NCBI GenBank assembly: GCA_052326305.1
Contig: JBKQPJ010000008.1
Coordinates: 28,498-92,497, forward strand
DNA: 64,000 nucleotides
Direction of reading: 5' to 3'
From: Thermoplasmata archaeon
GTDB taxonomy: Archaea; Thermoplasmatota; Thermoplasmata; Lutacidiplasmatales; UBA184
Shown: one piece after another, positions 1 through 9,412 of the stretch
Layout of the letters: each line of letters opens with the position of its first letter
Numbering within the stretch: the stretch's first letter is position 1
The notes under the pieces: generated by a model
Database searches by the model: none
Seen by the model: the letters and a program-made list of their open reading frames with translations, nothing else
Told to the model about the DNA's origin: nothing
Position numbers and translations under genes: made by a program

Positions 1-398
1 GCCGCCACATTCGCGCTGGCCGACCGCTCGTTGCGCTCGGAACACTTACTCACATTTGTGAGTGAGGGCTTCCTCTGGTCGCGCCCGCCCTCGGCTCTGG
101 GCTTCTGCCCCTTGATCTGCGCCCGCTCGAGATCGATGCGCACATCAGTGTCTTTTCGCAAGCCGGGGTAGGGGTGCGTACACGTCCGGAAGGAAGGCAG
201 ATTCTCCGGATGACCTGCCCGAGAGATAACTGCCAGGCGGAGTTCCTCGGTTGTTTCGGGGCCGACCTCTAATGTCCGATACGCCGGAAGTGGATCCGGA
301 CTGAGTAGTCCCACTCAAGAGACGGGCCCGATGGGTCCTGAGCCGGGGAACTGTTAAGTCGGGTGGCTGGTCCGGTGGGCCCGCAGGACCCCCAGTAC

Positions 399-860
399 AT
401 GGCGGAATCGCGCGAACCTAATCCCACAGAAGCCCAGGTACAGGAGGACCTGATCCGGCTCGATGCCTACCGCTCCCAGCTGAACGGCCTCATCCAGCAG
501 CACCAGATCCTGATCGCGTCGCGCCAGGACCACCTCCGGGCGCGGGAAAGCCTCGAGGGGATCGACCGATCGTCGGCGGGCGACGAGATGCTCGTCCCGC
601 TCGGCGGAGAGGCGTTCGTCCGGGGCCGGGTCCATCGGGACGCTCCCATCATCCTCGGGATCGGTTCGGGCGTCGCGGCCGAGATGGACCGGTCGAAGGC
701 GGCCGAGGTCATCGCCGAGAGGATCACCCGCATCGAGCAGGCGGTCCGCGATATCGAGGGCCAGATGGGGTCGGTCGACGAACGGATCCAGCTCCTCTCC
801 CGCCGCCTCGACGCCGCGTCGCGCTCCTCGAGGGCGCCGTCCGATGTGGGCCGCGATTAA
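399..860 (+). CDS. pfdA: Prefoldin alpha subunit
   Basis: Coiled-coil / beta-hairpin (EMLVPLGGEAFVRG...ILGIGSGVAAE) / coiled-coil layout; directly upstream of ftsY as in many archaea. ATG at 399 preferred over GTG 363. Confidence 0.9.
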   Translation: MAESREPNPTEAQVQEDLIRLDAYRSQLNGLIQQHQILIASRQDHLRARESLEGIDRSSAGDEMLVPLGGEAFVRGRVHRDAPIILGIGSGVAAEMDRSKAAEVIAERITRIEQAVRDIEGQMGSVDERIQLLSRRLDAASRSSRAPSDVGRD

Positions 861-1881
861 GGCCCGCCTTCGGCGCTCGAGCGAACCCGAGCCGTCCTCT
901 CCCGAAGCCACGCCGCCCTCCCCTCCTTCTCCCGGGGGATCGTCGACCGCCGCCTCCTCACCGGGCCGGCCCTCCGCGGGGCCGGGCGAGGATTCGGCGC
1001 TCTTTGGAGGCGGCGTCTTCGCTCGTCGGCTCAAGGAGGGAACGATCGACGACGTGCTCGACGACCTCGAGATCGTGCTGCTGCAATCGGACGTCGCGCT
1101 CCCCGTGATCGAGCGGCTGCGACGCGACCTCGTCCGGGAGCTCGCAGGCCGCAAGCTCAAGTTCGGGGTCGACGCCGAGGAGGCGATCCGCGTCTCGCTC
1201 GAGCGGTCGGTGCGCTCGATCCTCGGCCGGACCTCGCTCGACCTCGGGGCCGCGATCCGCGCCCACGTGCCGAAACCGTACATCATCCTGTTCGTCGGCG
1301 TCAACGGCACCGGGAAGACGACGACGGTGGCGAAGTTCGCGGGCTGGCTCCGGGCCCAGGGGTTCTCGAGCGTCATCGCCGCGGGCGACACGTTCCGGGC
1401 CGGGGCGATCGAGCAGCTCCTGACCCACGGCGAGCGCCTCGGCGTCCGGGTCGTCCGGCAGCAGGAGGGCTCCGATCCCGCCGCGGTGGCGTTCGATGCC
1501 ATCGCGCACGCCAAGGCGAAGGGGATCGACGTCGTGCTGATCGACACCGCCGGCCGGCAGCACACGAACGAGAACCTGATCGAGGAGGCGAAGAAGATCC
1601 GGCGCGTCGCCGCGCCGACCCTGACGCTGTTCGTCGGCGACGCGCTCTCGGGCAACGACGTCGTCGAGCAGGCGCGCCTGTTCGACCAGGCGCTCGGGAT
1701 CGACGGTCTCGTCCTCACGAAGCTCGATGCGGACGCGAAGGGCGGGGCTGCTCTCAGCGCCTCGTTCGTCACGAAGAAGCCGATCCTGTTCGTCGGCCTC
1801 GGCCAGGGGTACGCCGACCTCGCTCCGTTCGACGCCGACTGGATGGTCCGGCGCCTGTTCACGGAGGAGGCGGCCGGTTGA
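844..1881 (+). CDS. ftsY: Signal recognition particle receptor FtsY
   Basis: GVNGTGKTTT, DTFRAGA, DTAGR, TKLDADAKGG SRP-GTPase motifs. Confidence 0.97.
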   Translation: MWAAIKARLRRSSEPEPSSPEATPPSPPSPGGSSTAASSPGRPSAGPGEDSALFGGGVFARRLKEGTIDDVLDDLEIVLLQSDVALPVIERLRRDLVRELAGRKLKFGVDAEEAIRVSLERSVRSILGRTSLDLGAAIRAHVPKPYIILFVGVNGTGKTTTVAKFAGWLRAQGFSSVIAAGDTFRAGAIEQLLTHGERLGVRVVRQQEGSDPAAVAFDAIAHAKAKGIDVVLIDTAGRQHTNENLIEEAKKIRRVAAPTLTLFVGDALSGNDVVEQARLFDQALGIDGLVLTKLDADAKGGAALSASFVTKKPILFVGLGQGYADLAPFDADWMVRRLFTEEAAG

Positions 1882-2630
1882 CGGTCCATCTCGACGTCGT
1901 TCTCGTCCGGCCGAAGGAGGACGGCAACGTCGGCGCCACTGCCCGCGTCGCCCGGAACTTCGGGGCGGAGCGCCTGATCCTGGTCGCGCCCCGCGCCCGG
2001 GTCGGCTCCGAGGCCCGGCGCCGGGCGATGGGCGGCCTCGCGCTCCTCACCTCGGCGGTCCGCTCGCCGTCGCTGGCCCCGGCGGTCGAGGGCGCCGACC
2101 TCGTCGTCGGCACGACCGACCTTTCGACGGGCCGGTCTACCGCCTACCTCCGCCGCTCCGTCAGCCCCGAACGGCTCGGGGAGATCGCGCGCACGCTCGA
2201 GGGGCGGCTCGCCGTCGTCTTCGGACCGGAGGACAACGGCCTCTCGCGCGAGGAGCTCGCGCTCTGCGACCTCCTGGTCCACATCCCCGCCCGTCGGGAA
2301 TTCCCGACGCTCAACGTCTCGCACGCCGCCGGCGTGGTCCTCTACGCGGTCCACCGCGCCCGGGGTCCGGCCGATCCCGAGACGACCCCCGCGCCCGAGA
2401 TCGTCGAGATGAACGGGCGCGAAAAGGAGCTGTTCCTCGTGCGTCTCGGCGAGCTCCTCGCCCGCACGCGCTACCCGGCGCACAAACGACGGGGTTTAAT
2501 CCTCCTGTTCCGTCGCGTCCTCGGCCGGGCGACGCCTTCCGAGGCGGAGTACCGGATGATGCTGGGGCTCCTGAGGAGCGTCGGCACCACGCTGGACCGG
2601 GGAGTTCCGGATGGCAAGCGAAGAAGGTGA
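1878..2630 (+). CDS. trmJ: TrmJ/LasT-family SPOUT RNA 2'-O-methyltransferase
   Basis: VVLVRP..GNVGA.AR..NFG, VFGPEDNGLS..EL, PTLNVSHA motifs; TTG start overlaps the ftsY stop. Confidence 0.88.
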   Translation: MTVHLDVVLVRPKEDGNVGATARVARNFGAERLILVAPRARVGSEARRRAMGGLALLTSAVRSPSLAPAVEGADLVVGTTDLSTGRSTAYLRRSVSPERLGEIARTLEGRLAVVFGPEDNGLSREELALCDLLVHIPARREFPTLNVSHAAGVVLYAVHRARGPADPETTPAPEIVEMNGREKELFLVRLGELLARTRYPAHKRRGLILLFRRVLGRATPSEAEYRMMLGLLRSVGTTLDRGVPDGKRRR

Positions 2631-3024
2631 TTGGCTGCGCGTGCGCGGCATCGGGAGAGAGCGGTTCGCCGGGTACCTCGTCGACTACCTCCAGACGCTC
2701 GGGTACTCGGTGGAGCGGGAGGAGTCCGCCGACACGCCGGTGAGCCGGATCCGGGGACGCCTCGAGCGGATGAACCCCGCCGTCCCGCCGGCCGCGGGCC
2801 TGCTCGTCTTCCGGCTCTATCCGACGAGCGGGGGCGCCGCGGTCGTCTGGGAGAGCCCGGTCGCGATACCGGCCGAGGAGCACGAGCGCATGGACCGCCT
2901 CGTCCGGGAGCTCACGAGCCACCTCGAGCGGGCGATCCACACCGAGAGCCATGCGACCGCGAAGATCGTACGTCCGACCGAGCCCCGGCTCCCCTGGACG
3001 TCCCCCAAACCGGGCGGCAGTTGA
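2611..3024 (+). CDS. Hypothetical protein
   Basis: 137-aa ORF with genome-typical codon bias, coupled to trmJ. Confidence 0.7.
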   Translation: MASEEGDWLRVRGIGRERFAGYLVDYLQTLGYSVEREESADTPVSRIRGRLERMNPAVPPAAGLLVFRLYPTSGGAAVVWESPVAIPAEEHERMDRLVRELTSHLERAIHTESHATAKIVRPTEPRLPWTSPKPGGS

Positions 3025-3121
3025 GCCGCGTACGCCCTCCTTCCTCGAACGGCGTATAACCTCGAACACGAGAGCTTTATCCTCGGCGTCGCGCCTCGGA
3101 CGACCCTCGGGGGGTCCCCGC

Positions 3122-3280
3122 ATGGGCTTCGTGCGCCGTCTGCGATCCGCCCGCGGCGGGGTGCTGCTCGATGGGGTACTCGCCCTGGGGGTCGTTCTGG
3201 TCGGGGCCTCCGTGCTGGCCCACTTCGGCCTCACGTTCACCGAGATCCTCCGGGGCGCCGGCCGCTTCTTCGGCCTCTGA
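3122..3280 (+). CDS. Small membrane protein with possible class III (prepilin-like) signal peptide
   Basis: MGFVRRLRSARG-GVLLDGVLALGVVLVGA: basic leader, RG, then a hydrophobic helix; 52 aa. Confidence 0.55.
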   Translation: MGFVRRLRSARGGVLLDGVLALGVVLVGASVLAHFGLTFTEILRGAGRFFGL

Positions 3281-3343
3281 GCGGCCGCTCGCGGGCGCGG
3301 CTGCCGCCCCGCCGCCCGGCCCGCCTTCGCCTCCTCGGCAGGC

Positions 3344-3350
3344 TTATAAA
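3344..3350 (+). promoter_or_regulatory. Archaeal TATA box of rpl15e
   Basis: TTATAAA in a GC-rich context about 30 nt upstream of ATG 3380. Confidence 0.7.
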
Positions 3351-3379
3351 CGGCGCCCGGGTCCCCCGCGCCGCCCTCG

Positions 3380-3994
3380 ATGTCGACCTCCTCCTACCGT
3401 TACATGTCGCGGTCGTTCCGCCAGACGATGGGCCCCGAAGGGGCCGCGCTGCGGCACGAGCGCCTCTTGACCTGGCGGCGGGAGCAGACCGTCACTCGGC
3501 TCGAGTATCCCACCCGCCTCGACCGGGCCCGCGCCGTCGGGTTCCGAGCGAAGGGCGGCTATTTCATCGTCCGAGTCCGGGTCCGCCGCGGCGGCCAGGG
3601 GAAGCGGGCGATCATCGCCGGGCGCCGCCCGAAGCACAAGGGGATCCTCCAGATGACGCTCAACAAGAGCATCCGCCGGATCGCCGAGGAGCGGGCCCAG
3701 AAGCACTACCCGAACCTCGAGGTGCTGAACTCCTACTGGGTCGGCGAGGACGGCAAGCAGAAGTTCTACGAGGTGATCCTCGTCGATCCCGATAATCCCG
3801 AGATCCTTGCCGACCCGAAGATCTCCTGGATCGCGGCGCCCGCCCAGCGGGGCCGCGTCTACCGCGGGCTGACGAGCGCCGGGATCGAGGGCCGCGGTCT
3901 GCGCTGGAGCGGCAAGGGCGCCGAACGGATGCGGCCGTCCCGCGCGCGGAACCGCCGGTCGACCCGCCGCACGCAGACGAAGGTCATCCCGTAG
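3380..3994 (+). CDS. rpl15e: 50S ribosomal protein L15e
   Basis: PTRLDRAR..G..AK.G, IAEERA...YPNLEVLNSYWVGEDG..K.YEVILVDP, RGLTSAG. Confidence 0.98.
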   Translation: MSTSSYRYMSRSFRQTMGPEGAALRHERLLTWRREQTVTRLEYPTRLDRARAVGFRAKGGYFIVRVRVRRGGQGKRAIIAGRRPKHKGILQMTLNKSIRRIAEERAQKHYPNLEVLNSYWVGEDGKQKFYEVILVDPDNPEILADPKISWIAAPAQRGRVYRGLTSAGIEGRGLRWSGKGAERMRPSRARNRRSTRRTQTKVIP

Positions 3995-4008
3995 ACCGGG
4001 GCGATCCC

Positions 4009-4458
4009 CTACGGCTCGGGCGCGTCGACGACCGTCTCGAGCGGCACGCCGAATCGTTCCGCGTTGCGTCGGGCCCAGCCAAACAGCCCCTCGACGTGGA
4101 CGAGCTCCCCCCGGAGGAGGTGCGCGAATCGTCGTCGGTACTCGAGGTCGAGCTCGACTCGGTCGGGGCCGAGGAACTCCCGGAGTCGCCTCGCGAGCGT
4201 CCCACCCTCGGTGTCCCAGTCGGTGAGCACGATCACACGACGGCTCCCGTCGACGAGGCTCTGGGCCGTGCCCGACAGGGTCCGTCCCCGGTGCACGATC
4301 GCGACCGTTCCCGGCCAGCCGAGGCGGCGGACGGACCGTCGGTCCCGTTCGCCCTCGACCAGCACGGTCGTCCCGGGGACCCGCCCCTCGGCGAGGAGCT
4401 TCTGCCAGAGGTCGACGAACTCCTCGAACGCCGCCCGCGGGTCCCGGTCGCGCTGCAT
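4009..4458 (-). CDS. Small TOPRIM-domain protein
   Basis: VLVEGERD...IVLTDWDTEG TOPRIM motifs; ATG at 4458. Confidence 0.85.
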   Translation of the reverse strand: MQRDRDPRAAFEEFVDLWQKLLAEGRVPGTTVLVEGERDRRSVRRLGWPGTVAIVHRGRTLSGTAQSLVDGSRRVIVLTDWDTEGGTLARRLREFLGPDRVELDLEYRRRFAHLLRGELVHVEGLFGWARRNAERFGVPLETVVDAPEP

Positions 4459-4555
4459 CGGTTCCGCCGGCCCCTCCTCCCGTTCGCGGCCCGGTCGGCA
4501 TCCCCGCAGACCGCACACCTCGTATAGTCCCTGCGTACTTCGCGGGCTCCCGGCG

Positions 4556-5215
4556 ATGCCCGACCAGTTCACCCTTCTCCTCGAGTGGAGGCGCAACGAA
4601 GCGGCCGGCCGCGGCCTCGCCAAGCTTCCCCCCGACTACTACGGGGGGACGAGCACGTACCTCCGCGAGCTCCGGCGGTCCTACGAGTCGGACCTCCGGG
4701 AGAACCCGTCGAGCCGGAAGGGGGAGATCTCGCGGCAGACGTACCAGCGGGCCGGCCAGGTCGCCCGCGACATCCTCGAAGGACGGGTCCAGAAGATCCT
4801 CTCGCTCTCGTTCCAGGCGAGCATCGGTGGTGCCCGCGAGCTCCCGAACGCGCTGCCCGAGGAGCGGAGGATGTTCGACGAGCTGCTCGGGACCCTCCTC
4901 GAGTACCGCCGGACCGCCGCCCCGTACCTCGAGCCGTTCGTGGGAACCACGGCGGCGCCCCCCCCCGAGGCCAAACCGGTCGAGCGAGCCCCGGCGCCCG
5001 AACCGACCCCCGCTCCCGCGGCCCGGGCCCCCGGGGCCGCGGGCCCGCTCGCCTACGTGCGGATCCTCGAGGATGGCCATACGGTCGAGGTGGGCGCCGA
5101 CTCGATCGACCTGCGCGCGGACGATCTCCTGTCGCTCCCGCCCGCGACGGCGAAGCTGCTCGTCGACACGAAGGTCGCGGAGCCGATCAAGGCCTCGCTC
5201 CCGCCGGTCCGCTAG
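4556..5215 (+). CDS. GINS complex family protein (Gins51-like)
   Basis: N-terminal helical domain (E....L.KLP.DYY...R.QKIL), Pro/Ala linker, C-terminal beta domain (VRILED...L...D.LSLP...AKLLV). Confidence 0.75.
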   Translation: MPDQFTLLLEWRRNEAAGRGLAKLPPDYYGGTSTYLRELRRSYESDLRENPSSRKGEISRQTYQRAGQVARDILEGRVQKILSLSFQASIGGARELPNALPEERRMFDELLGTLLEYRRTAAPYLEPFVGTTAAPPPEAKPVERAPAPEPTPAPAARAPGAAGPLAYVRILEDGHTVEVGADSIDLRADDLLSLPPATAKLLVDTKVAEPIKASLPPVR

Positions 5216-6357
5216 CGCGCCTCGCCGATCCCGGCCGGGGGCACGGAGAGCTCGAGCGCCCGGAACCGATCGAACCCGAAGAGGAGGTTCTTCACGGCGA
5301 GCCGGAGCCGGACCTCCTCCTCGCTCGACCGGGTCCTCTTCAGCGCGGCCGCGAACAGCTCGGGGAATCCCCAGGCCCCGAGCGCCTCCGCCTGGGAGCG
5401 GAAGGCGGTCTCGACCCATCCGGCGGCCCGGGCGGCGGCCCGCAGCCGGGTGAAGTTGACGAACACCGAGAGGTCCGTCTCCCCGGGCGCGGAGAGCGGA
5501 TCGTCGGCCGCCCGGTGCCGCCGGATCGCCTGCAGCGTTCCGCGCGGGTGCGCGGCGAGGAGCTCGGCCTCGGCCATCCCGTAGTCGAGGATCAGGAACC
5601 GGCCCCCGACGAGGTGGTCGGCGACCTCACGGACGAGCGCCTCGGCCGAGCTCGAGAGCTCGACGACCGTACCGACCTCGGCCTGCTCGGGCAGCGGCGG
5701 TGGGGGGACCGGATCGACGATCTCCTTCTCGGCCGGAGCGATCCGGCCGCCCTCCAGTCGTACCCCGAGCTCGGCCCATCCGCTCGGAGTCCGGCGGAGG
5801 CGTCGGGCGGGAAGCGCGTCCAGGAGCTCGTTCGCCAGCACCACGCCGGCGAACGGCCCCTCCGCGGCGACGGACGCGCTCTCGCGGACGGGAAGGTTCG
5901 CCGCCTCCCCGGCGGCCCGGGCCCGGGCGAGCGCCGTGCGGCGGAGCGCGTTCGATCGCTCGATGAGGACGTACTCGGCGGAGGCGGCGAGCCGCGACTC
6001 CCCGAGCGCCTCCAGGATCCCGGCGGCGAGGCTCCCGTCCCCGGGGCCGAGCTCCACGATCCGTACACGAGCCGACGCGGACAGGCGCTCGCAGACGCTC
6101 CCGATCTCCCGCGCGAGGGTCCGGGCGAAGAGTGGGTGGACGTGCGGGGCCGTGTAGAAGTCGCCCCCGGTCCCGAGGGGCGAGACCTCCCGTTCATAGT
6201 ACCCGAGCCCCGGGGCATAGAGCGCCACGTCCATGAATCGGTCGAACGCGACGAACCCGTCGGGATCGGCGCGCGCGCGGAGCCGGGCGAGGAGGTCGGG
6301 CGCCGGCGTCGGGCTTTCGGCCGGTCCGTTCGTCGTCGGGTCCGGGAGCGGAGCCAC
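5212..6357 (-). CDS. MidA/NDUFAF7-family SAM-dependent methyltransferase
   Basis: FM..ALY.P.LGYY, GDFYTAP, ELGPG.G, ANELLDALP, DYG, PGE.DL...VNF. Confidence 0.9.
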   Translation of the reverse strand: MAPLPDPTTNGPAESPTPAPDLLARLRARADPDGFVAFDRFMDVALYAPGLGYYEREVSPLGTGGDFYTAPHVHPLFARTLAREIGSVCERLSASARVRIVELGPGDGSLAAGILEALGESRLAASAEYVLIERSNALRRTALARARAAGEAANLPVRESASVAAEGPFAGVVLANELLDALPARRLRRTPSGWAELGVRLEGGRIAPAEKEIVDPVPPPPLPEQAEVGTVVELSSSAEALVREVADHLVGGRFLILDYGMAEAELLAAHPRGTLQAIRRHRAADDPLSAPGETDLSVFVNFTRLRAAARAAGWVETAFRSQAEALGAWGFPELFAAALKRTRSSEEEVRLRLAVKNLLFGFDRFRALELSVPPAGIGEAR

Positions 6358-6378
6358 GGGCCGCGGCCTCCCGCGCCG

Positions 6379-7164
6379 TCAGCCGATGTACCCGACGTCC
6401 TCTCGGGTCGGGGCGGACGTTCCGCCCGACGGCTCACCGGAGCGCTGCTCCACTTCGTGGATCTTCTGCGCGATCCGGTCGATCTCCCGGGCCTTCGCCT
6501 CGAGGGCGGTGAAATCGATCTCCACGCGCAGGACCTTGCCGAGGACCTTGAGGACCGCTTCCGCGCTGTGGGGGTCGACGAAGTACCCGCTCGTCTCCCC
6601 CATGAGGCAGACCCCCTCCATCCCGAACATCCGTCCGAGGCCGAGGAACAGCCCGCTCGCCCCGATCAGGCCGCCGCCGGGGTCGTTGCGGGAGAAGACG
6701 ACGCCGAACTTCTTCATCGCCTCGACCCGGGCGGGGATCGTCGCCGCGCCGAGGACCCGCGGCGTCTCGACCGCGTGGCCCTGGGCGAAGCCGGCGAGCG
6801 TGTAGACCTCCTTGACCCCGAGGCCCGCGCAGTAGTCGAGCACCCGGTCGGTGATCTCGTACTGCCCTTCCGGGCTGATCCCCTGGTAGTCGCCGCCGAG
6901 GACGAGGATGTCGTGCGGGGCGGAGGCGGGGGCCTTCCAGTACGCGAGCTCGTTCGAGACGAGCCGGATCACTCCGGTCTCGCTGACGTACACCTGGGGG
7001 GGGAAGAACTTCGAGTAGATCGTCGCGAGCGGCTTCGTGGGGAGCTGGTCCCGCAGGTAGTCCGCCGCCAGCTTTCCGACGTTGCCGACCCCCGGGAGCC
7101 CTTCGACCAGGATCGGATCGCGGAGCTGGACCTTCTCGAGCGTGCGGATGACGACGTCTTGCAC
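6379..7164 (-). CDS. Proteasome assembly chaperone (PAC2) family protein
   Basis: EGLPGVGNVGK, YS.FFPPQV, IGASGL.LG, CLMGETSGY..DP. Confidence 0.92.
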   Translation of the reverse strand: MQDVVIRTLEKVQLRDPILVEGLPGVGNVGKLAADYLRDQLPTKPLATIYSKFFPPQVYVSETGVIRLVSNELAYWKAPASAPHDILVLGGDYQGISPEGQYEITDRVLDYCAGLGVKEVYTLAGFAQGHAVETPRVLGAATIPARVEAMKKFGVVFSRNDPGGGLIGASGLFLGLGRMFGMEGVCLMGETSGYFVDPHSAEAVLKVLGKVLRVEIDFTALEAKAREIDRIAQKIHEVEQRSGEPSGGTSAPTREDVGYIG

Positions 7165-7228
7165 GACTACCCTCGCGGATACGACCCTCGGCGGGGCGAT
7201 AAAGGTTCGGTGGCGCGGGGGTACGTCG

Positions 7229-7990
7229 CTATCCCGGGGACGAGGGCGCTTCGACCCGCCAGCCCCGCTCCTCGAGCCGGGCCCGCCAGATCCGGGTGAG
7301 GTCCGCGCGGTTCCCGACCTTCTCGACCGAGAGGGTGTGCTGGTGCCGGTCCCCGCGGGGCTCGGCGTGGAGGGTGAGGACGAGGTCGGCGAGGTCCTCG
7401 AGCCGGGTCGTCGTCGCCCGCTCGTGCGAGCTCGAATGGACCGCGATGAGCGCCTGGCCCCCGATCGTCTGGCAGCGGTGCCGGATCTGCCGCGCGACCG
7501 TGAGGACGTCCCGCGGGTCGAGCACCTCGAAGAAGAAGTCGACGGAGTCGACGACCATCCGGAACGGGGCGTCGATCGTCGCGAGGTCGGCGAGCATCCG
7601 GTCGGTGAGGCTGAACGACGGGCGGGCCCGGCCCTCGGGCTCCGGCCGGGTGAGGTCCTCGAGCGAGAGCCCCCGCTCCCGGACCCGGGCGACCTCGAGC
7701 CCGCGGACGAGGACCCGCTCGTAGTACTCGTCCGCCAGGTTGACGACCTTGATGTCGGTCGGGTCCCACCCGAAGTCCTCGAACGCTCCGCGGACGTCGT
7801 CCGTGCGCTCGTACGTCGTGTAGAACAGGACGGGCGAGGTCCCGACGCCGGCGTTCGCGAACTGCTTGGCGAGCAGCGGCGCCCCCGATCCCGACGTGCC
7901 CGAGAGGACGGAGAGCCAGCCGGGACGCAGTGCCGGGCCGATCGGCTGGTCGATCTCGGGGATGTCGAAGATCCGCTGGGCCTCGGACAT
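7229..7990 (-). CDS. KaiC/RAD55-family protein with degenerate Walker A
   Basis: GTSGSGAP (Lys absent), YTTYE, VVDS, LADLVL.L, L.VEK; ATG at 7990. Confidence 0.8.
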   Translation of the reverse strand: MSEAQRIFDIPEIDQPIGPALRPGWLSVLSGTSGSGAPLLAKQFANAGVGTSPVLFYTTYERTDDVRGAFEDFGWDPTDIKVVNLADEYYERVLVRGLEVARVRERGLSLEDLTRPEPEGRARPSFSLTDRMLADLATIDAPFRMVVDSVDFFFEVLDPRDVLTVARQIRHRCQTIGGQALIAVHSSSHERATTTRLEDLADLVLTLHAEPRGDRHQHTLSVEKVGNRADLTRIWRARLEERGWRVEAPSSPG

Positions 7991-7992
7991 GC

Positions 7993-8577
7993 TCAGCGGC
8001 CGGCCCGGGCGACGTCGATGGTCTCGTCGACGACGAGGTTCAGCATCTGGTCGATCGCCGCCGCCTCCTCGTCGGTCGTCTCGAGGACGAGCGTGAGGAC
8101 CTGGCGGGTCTTGAGGTTGTTCAAAAGGATGTGGAAGAACTCGGAGAGGAGCTCGGGGGGGTTGTGGATCGCGAGCGAGTTCACGCTGTCGATCACGACG
8201 GTGGTCCGGGGGTGCGGGTAGCGTCGCAGGAGGTACTCGACCCGGAGCATGATCTCCTCCAGCGCCCGCGGGCTCTCGACGTACGTCGCGTTCGCGAGCG
8301 GGTTCGAGTAGTTCATCATCAGGTGGCTGATCGCATCGACGAACGAGATCCGGTCGGGCGTCACGTCGAGCGCCTGGGCGAGCGACCAGACGAACGACGC
8401 CGGGTTCGTCACCGCGACGTAGACGGTGTGGTTGTTCGACTCCGATCCGACGTCGCGCAGCGTCGCGTTCAGGACGGCGAAGTAGTGGTCGGCGTACTCC
8501 CGGGGGTCGAGCTTCAGCGCCACGGCGCTCCCGAGCGGGAGCGCGCGCAGCCGGTCGGCGACGTCGACGGGCGCCAT
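7993..8577 (-). CDS. Inactive KaiC-like (RecA-fold) protein
   Basis: VYVAV.NP, FVDAIS, VVIDSVNSL...N, C-terminal VDETI; no P-loop. Confidence 0.7.
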   Translation of the reverse strand: MAPVDVADRLRALPLGSAVALKLDPREYADHYFAVLNATLRDVGSESNNHTVYVAVTNPASFVWSLAQALDVTPDRISFVDAISHLMMNYSNPLANATYVESPRALEEIMLRVEYLLRRYPHPRTTVVIDSVNSLAIHNPPELLSEFFHILLNNLKTRQVLTLVLETTDEEAAAIDQMLNLVVDETIDVARAGR

Positions 8578-8580
8578 CCC

Positions 8581-9387
8581 CTACCCGCCCCCGTCCGCGC
8601 CCCGGGCCCCCTTCAGGTGGGGCGCCATGAGCAGGCCGATCGGCGTCAGCTCGATCACGTACTGGGTCCGGGAGTGGGCGGTCCCGCGCATCTTGACGAT
8701 CTGGAGGACCCGGAGGATGTCGCCCATCCGACGATTGTTCCACAGGAGGATCACCCCGTCCACGATCGCCTCCTCGACCCCGTGGGTCGAGTAGCGGCCG
8801 GACTGCGGGCCGATCTCCGAGACGAGCAGGGACGTGCAGCCCGCCTCGCTCAGCCCCTCGCCGAGGCGCAGGAGGAAGTCGCGGATCTGCTCGTCCCGGC
8901 GGATCCGGTAGCAGAGCGAAGTGAGGCTGTCGAGCACGAGCCGCTTGACCCCGAGCTCCCGGACGAGGCTGGCGATCGTCCGCAGCAGGATGTCGATGTC
9001 CTCGGGGGCCAGCTCCTCCCGCTCGAGGCCGAGCTTCCGGTAGATCACGGGAAGGTCGACGAACATCAACGAGCCGTTTGCGACCAGCTCCGGCCGGAAG
9101 AAGTCGAACGTGGAGAGGTTCTGGACCAGCTTCCCCGACGACTCCGTCACGGAGATGAACAGCGACCGCTCGCCCTTCTCCGCCCCCCGGACGAGGAACT
9201 CGAGGCAGAGCGTCGTCTTTCCCGTGCCGACGCTCCCCGCCACGAGCACCATGTTCCCCCGGGGGATCCCGCCTTCGAGGATGCTGTCGAGCCCCTCGAT
9301 CCCCGTCAGGCACCGTTCGAGGGTGGTCGCCGCGCTCGCGAGCTCACGGTTCTCCGAGACGGGGACCGGGCCGGTCGGTGGGTCCAT
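8581..9387 (-). CDS. KaiC/RAD55-family ATPase
   Basis: TGIEGLD..L.GGIP, GSVGTGKT, LVLDSL, VDGVI.L, VKMRGT.H. Confidence 0.93.
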   Translation of the reverse strand: MDPPTGPVPVSENRELASAATTLERCLTGIEGLDSILEGGIPRGNMVLVAGSVGTGKTTLCLEFLVRGAEKGERSLFISVTESSGKLVQNLSTFDFFRPELVANGSLMFVDLPVIYRKLGLEREELAPEDIDILLRTIASLVRELGVKRLVLDSLTSLCYRIRRDEQIRDFLLRLGEGLSEAGCTSLLVSEIGPQSGRYSTHGVEEAIVDGVILLWNNRRMGDILRVLQIVKMRGTAHSRTQYVIELTPIGLLMAPHLKGARGADGGG

Positions 9388-9412
9388 CGGGGTAAATCAG
9401 GCCGGCCCGTGC

